Assembly (NCBI GenBank): GCA_963794945.1
Contig: CAWCFT010000004.1
Location: 352,001 to 416,000 of the forward strand
DNA length: 64,000 bases
Direction of reading: 5' to 3'
Source: Endomicrobiales bacterium
Lineage (GTDB): Bacteria; Elusimicrobiota; Endomicrobiia; Endomicrobiales; CAWCFT01
Below the pieces are notes generated by a model. The model was not told the origin of the DNA and made no database searches. It saw only the letters and a list, made by a program, of their open reading frames with translations. Shown here one piece after another: positions 19,208 to 28,053 of the stretch. The position numbers were made by a program, and so were the translations under genes. Numbering within the stretch: the first letter of the stretch is position 1; every line of letters begins with the position of its first letter.

Positions 19208-19252
19208 AAATACCCCCTGATCAGCCGTTTGGCGGATAAACAAGGGGTAAAA
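19208..19252 (-). terminator. Probable terminator after the 53-aa gene
   Basis: TACCCC...GGGGTA stem with flanking A/T runs. Confidence 0.45.
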
Positions 19253-19335
19253 TAACTTGCACTGATGCGCGCCTGAAGGCATCAGTAGCTAATATTATTC
19301 GTTAGTCTAAGCTTGACTGTAGTTTATAGGCCTGA

Positions 19336-19497
19336 CTATTTGTTGTATTTTTCAACAAACTTCTTAATGTCTTCGATATTTTCCAATATCAGCTTGGCCT
19401 TTTTTAAGCCGAACTGGAACGGAAACTTATCATCTTCTGAGTTCTTGATAACCAGCATGGGGTTGCCTTTGTATTCCGACTCTGAAACTACTGACAT
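19336..19497 (-). CDS. 53-aa small protein, possibly PC4/whirly-like nucleic-acid binding
   Basis: Not in ORF track. MSVVSESEYKGNPMLVIKNSEDDKFPFQFGLKKAKLILENIEDIKKFVEKYNK; strong RBS GGAGGG upstream of ATG. Confidence 0.8.
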   Translation of the reverse strand: MSVVSESEYKGNPMLVIKNSEDDKFPFQFGLKKAKLILENIEDIKKFVEKYNK

Positions 19498-19534
19498 GAT
19501 CTACCCTCCTTTATTTACCAAACAAACTTACCAC

Positions 19535-20026
19535 TTATATTTTCATAAGTTCGTCTTCTATCATTTCAAAATTCTGATCGCCGAGCTTATCTGCCACCTC
19601 CTGGAATATCACGAGGTCTTCGATCTGCGCGTGTTTGCTCAAGGCCCAGATTATGTACTGGCACTTTTTAATGAAATCTATAGATAGCTCACCCTCGCCT
19701 TTCTCCATCTCTTCCGCGATAGCCACAAGCTGCCTGAATTCCTCCATGAATTTATCGTGCTCATTTATAGTGTCTTTGATCGTATCTGCAAGTTCGCCCT
19801 CTACGCCCGGAGCGTTGAGAAGCGCTTTAAATATAATATTTTCCTTCAAAAAATGCCTGGCCATAGAAACATTAAAGAACTTGATTATCCCTTCAAGATC
19901 AAACAGGACTCCCCTGGTGTTAAAAACCTTAAGAAATCCGTTAACCACGGCCAACTGTTCGGTTATCTCGTCGTGCACATCGGTCACGGATTTGATAATT
20001 CTCATTTTATCCATAGCTGGCTCCAA
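19535..20026 (-). CDS. Hemerythrin-like domain protein
   Basis: H, HFLKEN, EH and HAQIED.VIF pattern in an all-helical protein. Confidence 0.75.
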   Translation of the reverse strand: MEPAMDKMRIIKSVTDVHDEITEQLAVVNGFLKVFNTRGVLFDLEGIIKFFNVSMARHFLKENIIFKALLNAPGVEGELADTIKDTINEHDKFMEEFRQLVAIAEEMEKGEGELSIDFIKKCQYIIWALSKHAQIEDLVIFQEVADKLGDQNFEMIEDELMKI

Positions 20027-20064
20027 TAAGATACACCTGTTGCTGCCGCCTAATTACGCGCTTA

Positions 20065-20093
20065 ATTCTAACCTAAAATAAATCCCCTGTCAA
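20065..20093 (-). promoter_or_regulatory. sigma70 promoter of hemerythrin gene
   Basis: TTGACA-17 nt-TAGAAT. Confidence 0.65.
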
Positions 20094-20141
20094 CACTCAC
20101 AGGGATTTTGGTTTAACCAGTCTTTTGATTTTGACTTCTGG

Positions 20142-20297
20142 TTTGCCAACTGCCCGCGTTTTCGTAGCGAAAAATTGAGAATTGGAGCGAAATGCAGGAA
20201 TCTGAGTCGCGGCGTAGCAGCGCTACGCAAGACGATGATTCCGAAATTGCAGCCCAATTATCAATTTTGCAGCCGAAACTAGCGGGCGGTTGGCAAA
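20142..20297. repeat. 156-bp imperfect palindrome (REP/MITE-like)
   Basis: Ends TTTGCCAACTGCCCGC / GCGGGCGGTTGGCAAA; centre GCGTAGC-agc-GCTACGC; pairing along most of the length. Confidence 0.7.
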
Positions 20298-20299
20298 TC

Positions 20300-20333
20300 A
20301 AAAGAAAAAGAGCCTTCCTTACGAAAGGCTCTT
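20300..20333 (-). terminator. Intrinsic terminator after Lys-rich gene
   Basis: AAGAGCCTTT-cgtaa-GGAAGGCTCTT then TTTCTTTT on minus strand. Confidence 0.75.
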
Positions 20334-20411
20334 AAATCTTTAAAACGTTTTAAAGACGTTGCCCGAGGTTCGAGCCCCCAGAGGGGTCCCTCAACGGCAT
20401 TTTGAAATAGC

Positions 20412-20660
20412 TTATTTTTTCTTCTTCTTTCCGCCTTTTCCACGGCGAACCATCTTCGCTCTCGCGACATCGCCTGCTTTGTCGATGAAGTAAAGGAAAC
20501 CTTCTTCTTTCTTCACTCCGACTTTTGCGACCTTCTCGGGCTTACCGCCCTTCTTGCCGCCGCGGGCCATTTTCACGCGGGAAACGTCACCGCCTTTGTC
20601 GATGAAATAGAGGAAACCATCCGCTCTTTTCACTCCAACTTTCGTCACTTTCTCTGCCAT
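20412..20660 (-). CDS. Small Lys-rich protein made of two ~40-aa tandem repeats
   Basis: EKVxKVGVK...GFLYFIDKxGDVxRxKMxR twice; RBS AAGGAGGTGA. Confidence 0.85.
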   Translation of the reverse strand: MAEKVTKVGVKRADGFLYFIDKGGDVSRVKMARGGKKGGKPEKVAKVGVKKEEGFLYFIDKAGDVARAKMVRRGKGGKKKKK

Positions 20661-20691
20661 TTTATTTCACCTCCTTTTATTTACAAATATA

Positions 20692-21849
20692 TTACTGCTT
20701 TTGTTTTTCTTCGTTAGTCACAGGGCCGCTGTTCTTTTCCGGGTAGACAAAAACTTTTCCCTGGTAATTCTTGACTATAACAGCCTTGCGGTTCCTGGAG
20801 ATAATATATTCCGGATTTATCGGCACCTTGCCGCCGCCGCCGGGGGCGTCTATCACATAAGCAGGCACCGCGTAACCGGTCGTAAAACCCCTCAATGCTT
20901 CTATTATCTTTATTCCCTGCGTCACTGTAGTCCTGAAATGCTCGGTGCCGGCCGCGAGGTCGCACTGGTAAAGGTAATACGGTCTTACCCTGATCTTGAG
21001 CAGCTCGTGCATGAGTTTCATCATAACCGCTGGTTTATCGTTAATGCCTTTTAAAAGAACAGTTTGGCTGCCAAGCGGTATACCCGCATCTGAGAGCATC
21101 GCGCAGGCGTTTGCAACTTCAGGTGACAGCTCCCTTGGATGGTTAACATGGATGCTGATGAAAAGCGGGTGATGGCTTTTAAGCACCGCGACCAGTTCCT
21201 TAGTTACCCTTTGAGGCAGCGTGACCGGCACCCTGGTGCCGATCCTGATTATCTCAATGTGGTTTATGGAACGCAAGCTTTTAAGCAGGCTGTCAAGCTT
21301 TGAATCAGAAAGTAAAAGAGCATCGCCGCCCGAAATTAGAACATCCCTTATCTTCTTGTTCTGCCTTATATACTCCAGCGCCGCTTCCAGTTTCGTCTCG
21401 CTCAGGTTTTCTTCCGAGCTGCCTACTATTCTGCGCCTTGTGCAGTGCCTGCAGTACATCGCGCAGGCGTCTGTTACAAGAAGCAGTACCCTGTCGGGGT
21501 AACGGTGAACAAGGCCCGGAACGACCATGTCCTGCTCTTCACCGCAGGGATCGGCCAGCTCGTGCACGCTTGTCTTGAATTCGTCAAGTGAAGGAACGGC
21601 CTGCCGCCTTATTGGGCAGTCTGCGTCATTTTTATCCATCAAGGCCGCGAAGTGCGGCGTGATCGCCATTCTGAGCCTGCCTGAAGAATACTGGACCGCT
21701 TTCTTTTCTTCGGGAGTGAGGTTTACCCACTTTTCCAGCTCGTTTAACGTTGTGATCCTGTGCTGCAGCTGCCAGTGCCAATTGTTCTTTTCGTCTTTTT
21801 CGGATCTGGATTTTTCCGTTTTGACATCAATGGCATCGGATGAACTCAT
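20692..21849 (-). CDS. kamA: Lysine 2,3-aminomutase (KamA-family radical SAM)
   Basis: HRYPDRVL, CAMYCRHCTR, SGGDAL, RIGTR, RPYYLYQCD, DAPGGGGK (PLP Lys). Confidence 0.92.
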   Translation of the reverse strand: MSSSDAIDVKTEKSRSEKDEKNNWHWQLQHRITTLNELEKWVNLTPEEKKAVQYSSGRLRMAITPHFAALMDKNDADCPIRRQAVPSLDEFKTSVHELADPCGEEQDMVVPGLVHRYPDRVLLLVTDACAMYCRHCTRRRIVGSSEENLSETKLEAALEYIRQNKKIRDVLISGGDALLLSDSKLDSLLKSLRSINHIEIIRIGTRVPVTLPQRVTKELVAVLKSHHPLFISIHVNHPRELSPEVANACAMLSDAGIPLGSQTVLLKGINDKPAVMMKLMHELLKIRVRPYYLYQCDLAAGTEHFRTTVTQGIKIIEALRGFTTGYAVPAYVIDAPGGGGKVPINPEYIISRNRKAVIVKNYQGKVFVYPEKNSGPVTNEEKQKQ

Positions 21850-21877
21850 TGATTCCTTTTGTGTCTAAGGTAAATAC

Positions 21878-22132
21878 TCAAACGGATTCTTTGTTCTTAT
21901 CTTTATTGAAAAAAGGCAGCGCCGGTTCCTCTTTCTTTGTTATTATTTTTTCTTTAAGCCATGCGTCAACTACTTCTTTTGAAAACCTGTACTGGCGGCC
22001 TATCCTGGATGCCGGTATTTTTTGTTGCCTGATAAGGTTATATATTTTAGACTTACCAATGCCAAGATATTCAGAAAGTTCTCTGATGTCCATTACTTGT
22101 TTTATATCTTTTTGTGTTCCATTTGTTTCCAT
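21878..22132 (-). CDS. Excisionase/BldC-like helix-turn-helix protein
   Basis: MDIRELSEYLGIGKSKIYNLIRQQKIPASRIGRQYRF..VDAWL. Confidence 0.9.
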   Translation of the reverse strand: METNGTQKDIKQVMDIRELSEYLGIGKSKIYNLIRQQKIPASRIGRQYRFSKEVVDAWLKEKIITKKEEPALPFFNKDKNKESV

Positions 22133-22173
22133 ATTTTATCACCTTGTGTCTTGTACTTGCATCCTATGTCATA

Positions 22174-22203
22174 ATTATAACACTATATTTTTATGTTTGT
22201 CAA
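22174..22203 (-). promoter_or_regulatory. sigma70 promoter of HTH-kamA unit
   Basis: TTGACA-18 nt-TATAAT with extended -10 TG. Confidence 0.7.
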
Positions 22204-22394
22204 TAGTTAAATATTTCCATGTACTGCCATTAGGCTTTGAACAGCCTTATAATCTGCTATATTCTGCTGTTTGATAATGATACTACTTGTTTGTACTGCA
22301 AACATTATTACAACTATATGATGTAACAACAAAAACCACCCGCAAAAAGGTGGCTTATCAAAAAAGAATAAAATTAATTAATATTTCGGTGGGA

Positions 22395-22445
22395 TTTTCT
22401 GCAGGCTTACAGGCTTATTGAAAGCCTGCAAGCCGCAAAAAATTT
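22395..22445 (-). terminator. Long hairpin 3' of histone gene
   Basis: GCAGGCTTACAGGCTT-attga-AAGCCTGCAAGCCGC flanked by T/A runs. Confidence 0.55.
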
Positions 22446-22467
22446 GTGGGTTAAATATGATATCGGT

Positions 22468-22647
22468 TTACAGATCTTCCGAACCAAGTGTTTTTTTGTT
22501 TCCTGCTAACTTTGCTTTCTCAATTGACGCCTTTACTATTTCTTCGATCTTCGCGGAGAGAGACGCCGTATAATCCGCCCCTGTCCTGAAACCTGCTTCC
22601 TTTACCATCTTCTTTACCTTGCTTACTACAACCATAATTTCTGCCAT
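22468..22647 (-). CDS. Bacterial histone-fold protein (Bd0055/HBb-like)
   Basis: 59 aa, below ORF-track cutoff: MAEIIGVVSKVKKMVKEAGFRTGADYTASLSAKIEEIVKASIEKAKLAGNKKTLGSEDL; RBS GGGAGGTG; aligns by eye end to end with Bdellovibrio histone (MAEVLVVTSKVKKLIKE...AKADGRKTVMARD). Confidence 0.88.
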   Translation of the reverse strand: MAEIMVVVSKVKKMVKEAGFRTGADYTASLSAKIEEIVKASIEKAKLAGNKKTLGSEDL

Positions 22648-22739
22648 TTGTATTGTTCACCTCCCTTTAACTTATATTATTTTATCGAAAATATTTCAGT
22701 ATGTCCACTTTTTTTTAAAAAAGTATCTAGGTTATGATA

Positions 22740-23555
22740 TTAAAAATTTTTAAATACACCGAATGACATGGTGTATTTCTTATAACTGTCCTGCAGTTCA
22801 AGGTAAGCCACGCTCGCTGTATATCCATAGCTTTTCTTGAGCCACTTACGGTATTTCAGCTCAACGCTTGTGACGTTACCGCTGACCTGCTGCGGAGGGA
22901 AAGCGTAGGTGGCGAGATAACCCTGCCCGCCAGCGGAACAGTTGAGATATATCCAGCTTTTGCCTTCCTGCCCGTAAGCTGCGCTCAAAAGTGTCGAACC
23001 TGAAACAAAACCGCCCGGGTCGCTCGTGTTCTGCAAATACCTGTAGGATAATATCCATTTTTCCATGTACACCGTGATACCCGGGGAAATAACGGTGTCT
23101 AAATGTTCGTCATGCGCCTTCATGTAGGTGCCGCCGAGTGTCAGCACGATATTTTTTTTAGCGCCTACCTTAAAATTGCAATCGTTGTTTGCCCTGAACG
23201 CCTGCAGGTACGGTGAGTCTGTACCGGCGGACAAAGCCGAATAAGTGTAGAACCACGGGCTCCAGTCTCTGTAAGCTCCAGCGATGCCTACCGCCCCGCC
23301 GCCGTCTATCCTTGAGTAAAAACCACCCTCGCAGAACCAGGTGAACCCCGTAAACGGCATCGAATAATAATCAAGCAGAACGGATTTGTTCTCTCCGTAA
23401 ACATCCTTTGGAGAATACTGCTCGTAAAAAACCGTGCATTCGAGCCTGTTCTTAAAATCCTCTGTTGGCTGCACGGGGATTATCGGGGCGTTCTCTGCGG
23501 GCAAGCGCAACGCGCAGCACAACAGCACGAGGCCCATAACTATCAGTTTGTTCAT
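22740..23555 (-). CDS. YaiO-family outer-membrane beta-barrel
   Basis: Signal peptide, aromatic-rich alternating strands, YRDWSP motif, terminal Phe; GT2 context. Confidence 0.75.
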   Translation of the reverse strand: MNKLIVMGLVLLCCALRLPAENAPIIPVQPTEDFKNRLECTVFYEQYSPKDVYGENKSVLLDYYSMPFTGFTWFCEGGFYSRIDGGGAVGIAGAYRDWSPWFYTYSALSAGTDSPYLQAFRANNDCNFKVGAKKNIVLTLGGTYMKAHDEHLDTVISPGITVYMEKWILSYRYLQNTSDPGGFVSGSTLLSAAYGQEGKSWIYLNCSAGGQGYLATYAFPPQQVSGNVTSVELKYRKWLKKSYGYTASVAYLELQDSYKKYTMSFGVFKNF

Positions 23556-25387
23556 TTACTTTCCTTTAAGAATATTTTCTTTGCGCCAGGGTTATCGTTA
23601 ACAACCATATAATAGTAATCCTCGTCCGAAGAGACCGATATATCCGCTCCTTCAGGTTGAATGTACCCGTTCCTGGGCACAGCGACAGTTATGTCTTTTA
23701 ATCCCTCGGGATTATCGATATTCACCTCAAGGCCGCCGTTTACCCGTGAAAAATAATATTCTGTCCTGAGGAACCTCATCATAAATTCCGCGAAGTAGCT
23801 CATCGGTTTTACAGTGAGATCACCTGCCCTCATACGAGCCTGCGCGTAATCTAGGAAATCGCTTATCGGCCCGGGGTAGCTTGAAATATTGTACGGGTGA
23901 GAATAGATAAGCCTCACAGTCCGGTTACTTGTTATGTAATCCACCGTTGACAAAAGCCAGTCCTTTACCTCGCGCGGCGTCCTGCCAGCCTGTTCCATTT
24001 CATAAAAAGAAGCCGAAATGCCAAGCGGCATTAAAGGGAAAGCTATAACGCAGGTAGAAATCATAACACCGTTGGAAAAAGTTCTGTTCGGAGACGAACC
24101 GCTGTCGCCCGTATAATAATAGGACCCCATACCGAGCTCTTGAAGGGCTTCCGTTGTATAAGGCTGAACATGTACCCCAACCGGCGCAGCGTATTCGGTT
24201 ATATTGTAACCTGTTATAGCTTTAAGCGCGTCGTTATTCTTTTTTATGTACATCTCTACCTCAGGTTTTTTAAAAAGTCCTCTTTCTATATTGTCCGCGA
24301 ACCAGTTGTGCGCCCAGCCTCCGTGCGAACCGATAATCCCGTAACCTAGCAGCATCTCGGCGTATTTCCTGCCTTTTCCCTCCGCGTCAAACCCGAGCCC
24401 GTCGCCCGGCTTGTCCCTGAAATCTCCTGCCGTGATGTGGAGCGAGTATTCCAACCCTTTTCTGAGGTACTTTTTTTCTATCATGAACGGAATGCTTTTG
24501 TAATCGATGTTGGCGTCTATGTGCCAGTTGATCACAAGCCCGCCTTTGCCGCGCGGGACATTTAGCAAGTGCGGCAGGTGCACAACCTTAAATGCGAATG
24601 TCCGAAGGACAGACCTCAGCGGCAGGTCATCCGAATATGCTTTAAGGAACCCTAGAGGGAGGTTGACGTACACAACTTTACCTTTGCCGTAATTTCTCAG
24701 TATCACAGCCGGCAGCCTGTCATTTTCTCCTATAACCGCGTAAGCGTAAACGTCGTCCGCGCTGAAGCCTCCCGCTGTTTCGGTGCGGGCTATCGGGTAT
24801 TGAAGTGAACCGTAAACGTAACCCGTAAGAAGCTTTCCCCCGAACAATTTTCCGGGCGGTATCCCGAAATATCCCGCGGCGACATTGTCTTTGAACTGTA
24901 TGCTTCCCTTTACGTACGAACGCTCCTTTAAAGTTGAATACAGCACATAATTGACTCCGCAGAACTCTGTAAAAAGTGACTCGTCCCTGTAGAAACCGCC
25001 CGGCGTTCTTACGCCGGCGTCGTAAACAAATAAGCAAGAACCGCCGGCCGCGAGGTAGCTCGACACCCATGGTTTGATATCCGGCGGCAGTGAAGAGCAT
25101 ATGTTGTCCGGGAAAATTATAGCCGGGCAGTTGGCTTCCAGTTCTGCAGGGTTGGCCGACAGAAGATAAGATACGCTTACGAACTGGAAAGGTATGCCTT
25201 CTTCCTCCAGTACGCTTTTGTACGCTAAAGCCTCCGGCTTGTGCGCCATCGATGCGCCGCTCGAAACCACAAGGACCCGGATGTGCTTGCTTATTTTATT
25301 GTTCTCTATAACCGAGCGGGCCGCGTAGCAAACAAGGAAAATCAAAACAGCCGCAAGCGCGGTATTCCTTAATATCTTCATGTTCAT
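23552..25387 (-). CDS. Polysaccharide deacetylase-domain protein
   Basis: N-terminal anchor; NWHID, GSHGGWAH, YAAPVG, YSHP motifs. Confidence 0.75.
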   Translation of the reverse strand: MNMKILRNTALAAVLIFLVCYAARSVIENNKISKHIRVLVVSSGASMAHKPEALAYKSVLEEEGIPFQFVSVSYLLSANPAELEANCPAIIFPDNICSSLPPDIKPWVSSYLAAGGSCLFVYDAGVRTPGGFYRDESLFTEFCGVNYVLYSTLKERSYVKGSIQFKDNVAAGYFGIPPGKLFGGKLLTGYVYGSLQYPIARTETAGGFSADDVYAYAVIGENDRLPAVILRNYGKGKVVYVNLPLGFLKAYSDDLPLRSVLRTFAFKVVHLPHLLNVPRGKGGLVINWHIDANIDYKSIPFMIEKKYLRKGLEYSLHITAGDFRDKPGDGLGFDAEGKGRKYAEMLLGYGIIGSHGGWAHNWFADNIERGLFKKPEVEMYIKKNNDALKAITGYNITEYAAPVGVHVQPYTTEALQELGMGSYYYTGDSGSSPNRTFSNGVMISTCVIAFPLMPLGISASFYEMEQAGRTPREVKDWLLSTVDYITSNRTVRLIYSHPYNISSYPGPISDFLDYAQARMRAGDLTVKPMSYFAEFMMRFLRTEYYFSRVNGGLEVNIDNPEGLKDITVAVPRNGYIQPEGADISVSSDEDYYYMVVNDNPGAKKIFLKESK

Positions 25388-26596
25388 ACAGTTAAACCCG
25401 AGTGTTCGTTAAGGCAGTAGCCGTGAATGATCACGTCCTTGCCCAGCGTGAGCTTGGTTTTGGATATCACGGACCTCGCCTCTGTGTCACTGCCTACTTC
25501 AGTGCAAGACGCTAAATATATTTCTTTTGCCGAATAAACATTGCCCATTATGATACAGTGTTCGCCAACATAAATATTACCGTTAGCGAATATGCTTCCC
25601 TTGACCGTTACGGAATCGTCTATCTGCACGCTGCCGTGCGCCTTGATGTTCGACGATATCTCGCAGCCTTTGCCTATGATAAGGTCATTTTGCACTATCA
25701 GGTCGCGGTCAACTTTTGTCCCCTGCGGGATTGAAAGCGTACTCTCGTTGTTGCACCAGGCGCCGTCACATATGTTCTTAAACCCTGGCCGGGCCGGCGG
25801 CTCAGCTGAACACGTTCCGCTCGAGAACGTTATGATGGGGTTGCCGGCGATATATTTGAACCTGCAGCGCCGGCCCACTTCAAGCTTGCCCATGCATGCA
25901 ACCCTTATACCAAGCGTTGAATTGTTGCCGACCTGAATGTTACCCTCAGCGCCGGCCCACCGGATGATCTTCGCGCCTTCTTCGAACAATATATCGCCTT
26001 TGGCGGCTGAAAGCCCTCACGATATTGTTGCAGCCCAGGTGGGCGTTCTCCGCCACATAAACTTCTTTTTCGAGAGTCACATTATCTTCTGTGTTGAGCT
26101 CCGTTTTTACGAACAGCAGTTCCCTGAAAGTGCTTCCTTTAACCAGCCTGACAGCATCGTTTACCGAAACCTTCTCGTATTTTGAGAACAAGGCGTTTAT
26201 CATCCCGACCGGCGGGTCTTCACCTATGGCGTTGAAGATAAGCTGCTCGAAAGACTTTTCAAAGTACATCGAGTCTTTTGTGTATTTCGGGTCGATATTG
26301 AGCGACATCAGGTCTTTGGGCTTAAGCAGTTCCCTCAGCGCGAAATAGAATGGGAATATCAGTATGATCGAAAAGATAACTGAGAGAACTATGAATACCC
26401 CGCCCTTTGAAAGGCCGATCTTTTTTGAGATGCTTTCCAGCTCAGCGGCGCTGGCTACGGTATAGTCCCGGCTCGAGGCCGCGTAGGTGTCGCCCCGCAC
26501 GTGGTCCCGGGCCTGCCCGCAAAAGCATTTTGCCTGCGCCAGCATCAACGCGAAGGCAATTATTATTACCGCCTGTAACGCTCTGTTTTTGCCCAT
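25384..26596 (-). CDS. Membrane-anchored beta-helix (bactofilin/hexapeptide-like) protein, one frameshift
   Basis: Two overlapping ORFs (25946..26596, 25384..25989) with TM segment and repeated V/I-x-G-x-I/V motifs. Confidence 0.65.
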
Positions 26597-27813
26597 ATGA
26601 CTTCCCTTGTACCGAACTGGTCTATTATAGCGTCCAACGAACCAAGCGTGCAGCTGTAAAGGTTGAAAAGAAAATTAAACAGCACGAACGGCAGAAGCCT
26701 TATCCTGTCGGTGAACCCGTCCATGACCGAGGCCGTCCCTATCTGGTAGAACGGAGCGAAGTTGCCGAAGAGGTTGAACCCGGCGACCGCGAGGAATATG
26801 AAAAGGCTTTCGTATATCTGTATCTGGTCAAGGAAGAACAGTGCCGTAGCGTCGATTATTCCCAGAGATAGTATTATAGGTATTATATATATGGAAAGCA
26901 AAAGAGTGCCGTCTATTTTAACTTTCCAGCTGACGAACCTGGACTTCCACAACGGCGCTAGGTATTTGAACATCACCTGCGTGTGCCCGCGGGACCAGCG
27001 CCGCACTTGCCTCGCCCGGACATCCCAGTCTTCCGGCACTTCTTCGTAGCACTCCAGGCGGTTGTTGTAAATGACTTTCCACCCATTTATTATAAGCTTG
27101 AAAGTCAGCTCGGTGTCTTCGGTAAGTATGTCCGGGCTGAAACTACCCAGGCCAACGACCACGCTTTTCCTGAAACCGCCTACGGTGCCGCCGTACTGCG
27201 GGATAAGGTTCAGGTTCTGCCTCGCCTGCTGGTCCACCTGGTAACCCGCAGAACGCTCAAGGCTTAGGAGCTTCGTCAAAAGGTTAACATCCGAGTTATC
27301 CGGCACAACCCTGCCCATCACCGCCCCCACTTCCGGGTCTTTAAAAGACATGACCATGTCCCGCACTATCCCCCGCGGAGGCGTGTAGTCCGCGTCGAAA
27401 ACAACTATTATTTCGCCCCGCGCGATCTTCAGCGCGTCGTTGATGGCGGCCGGCTTCCCTCTTTTTCCTTCATGCCTGTTCAGCGGCTTGATGAGTTCGT
27501 ACTTTGCCGCGAACTCGTCGATTATCTTTTGCGTTCCGTCAGTTGAGTGGTCGTTGACAGGTATGATCTCGAGTTTTTCCGCCGGATAGATCATGTCCGC
27601 GAGGCACTGCAGCATGTTGCGGGCGACCTTCTCTTCATTGTGCATCGGAACAACTATCGTCACCATCGGCAGGTCAGAATCCATAATATCCTGGTGGCTC
27701 ATTTTCTGTTCGGTGGATATACGGTTCATGCTGAATATAAAATGCCTCAGTATGTAAAGAAGCATTACAACCAGCGAGAACGTGATGTAAGCTTTCATTA
27801 ATGTTATTATCAT
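26566..27813 (-). CDS. Processive GT2 glycosyltransferase (cellulose synthase/IcaA-like)
   Basis: PMHNEE, DHSTD, GKPAAIN, FDAD, TEDTE, QVRRW; C-terminal TM helices. Confidence 0.9.
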   Translation of the reverse strand: MIITLMKAYITFSLVVMLLYILRHFIFSMNRISTEQKMSHQDIMDSDLPMVTIVVPMHNEEKVARNMLQCLADMIYPAEKLEIIPVNDHSTDGTQKIIDEFAAKYELIKPLNRHEGKRGKPAAINDALKIARGEIIVVFDADYTPPRGIVRDMVMSFKDPEVGAVMGRVVPDNSDVNLLTKLLSLERSAGYQVDQQARQNLNLIPQYGGTVGGFRKSVVVGLGSFSPDILTEDTELTFKLIINGWKVIYNNRLECYEEVPEDWDVRARQVRRWSRGHTQVMFKYLAPLWKSRFVSWKVKIDGTLLLSIYIIPIILSLGIIDATALFFLDQIQIYESLFIFLAVAGFNLFGNFAPFYQIGTASVMDGFTDRIRLLPFVLFNFLFNLYSCTLGSLDAIIDQFGTREVIWAKTERYRR

Positions 27814-27904
27814 TGAAATTTCCCTATTTGAAACAAATTCGAAATCCGAAGCGCGAAATCCTGAACAAACTACAAACAGAAAACAATTGAAAAGCCCTTT
27901 ATTC

Positions 27905-27992
27905 TGTCATTTCGATCCGCCTCTGGCGGAGAGAAATCTTTTCTTTTGTAGAACATAAGATCCCTCACCCGCATTGCGGGATTCGGGATGAC
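27905..27992. repeat. TGTCAT...ATGAC palindromic REP-like element
   Basis: Similar to 28842-28925 and 29011-29080; shared CCGCCTCTGGCGGA and GAGAAATCT. Confidence 0.7.
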
Positions 27993-28053
27993 CAACTCAT
28001 AATCGAATTGGAAGTACCCTTTAGGGTATTAGAATTTCGAAATTGTTTTTAAT

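Noticed and set aside
20142..20297. 6S RNA
   Set aside because: Too symmetric, no large central bubble; looks like a DNA palindrome.
20356..20397. tRNA (GGTTCGAG T-loop-like sequence)
   Set aside because: No D or anticodon arms or acceptor stem of tRNA size can be built around it.
20113..20470. 62-aa and 63-aa minus ORFs
   Set aside because: They overlap the palindrome, the terminator and the real Lys-rich gene.
21878..22132. Prophage or ICE excisionase
   Set aside because: No integrase, att site or phage genes nearby; fits a stand-alone regulator.
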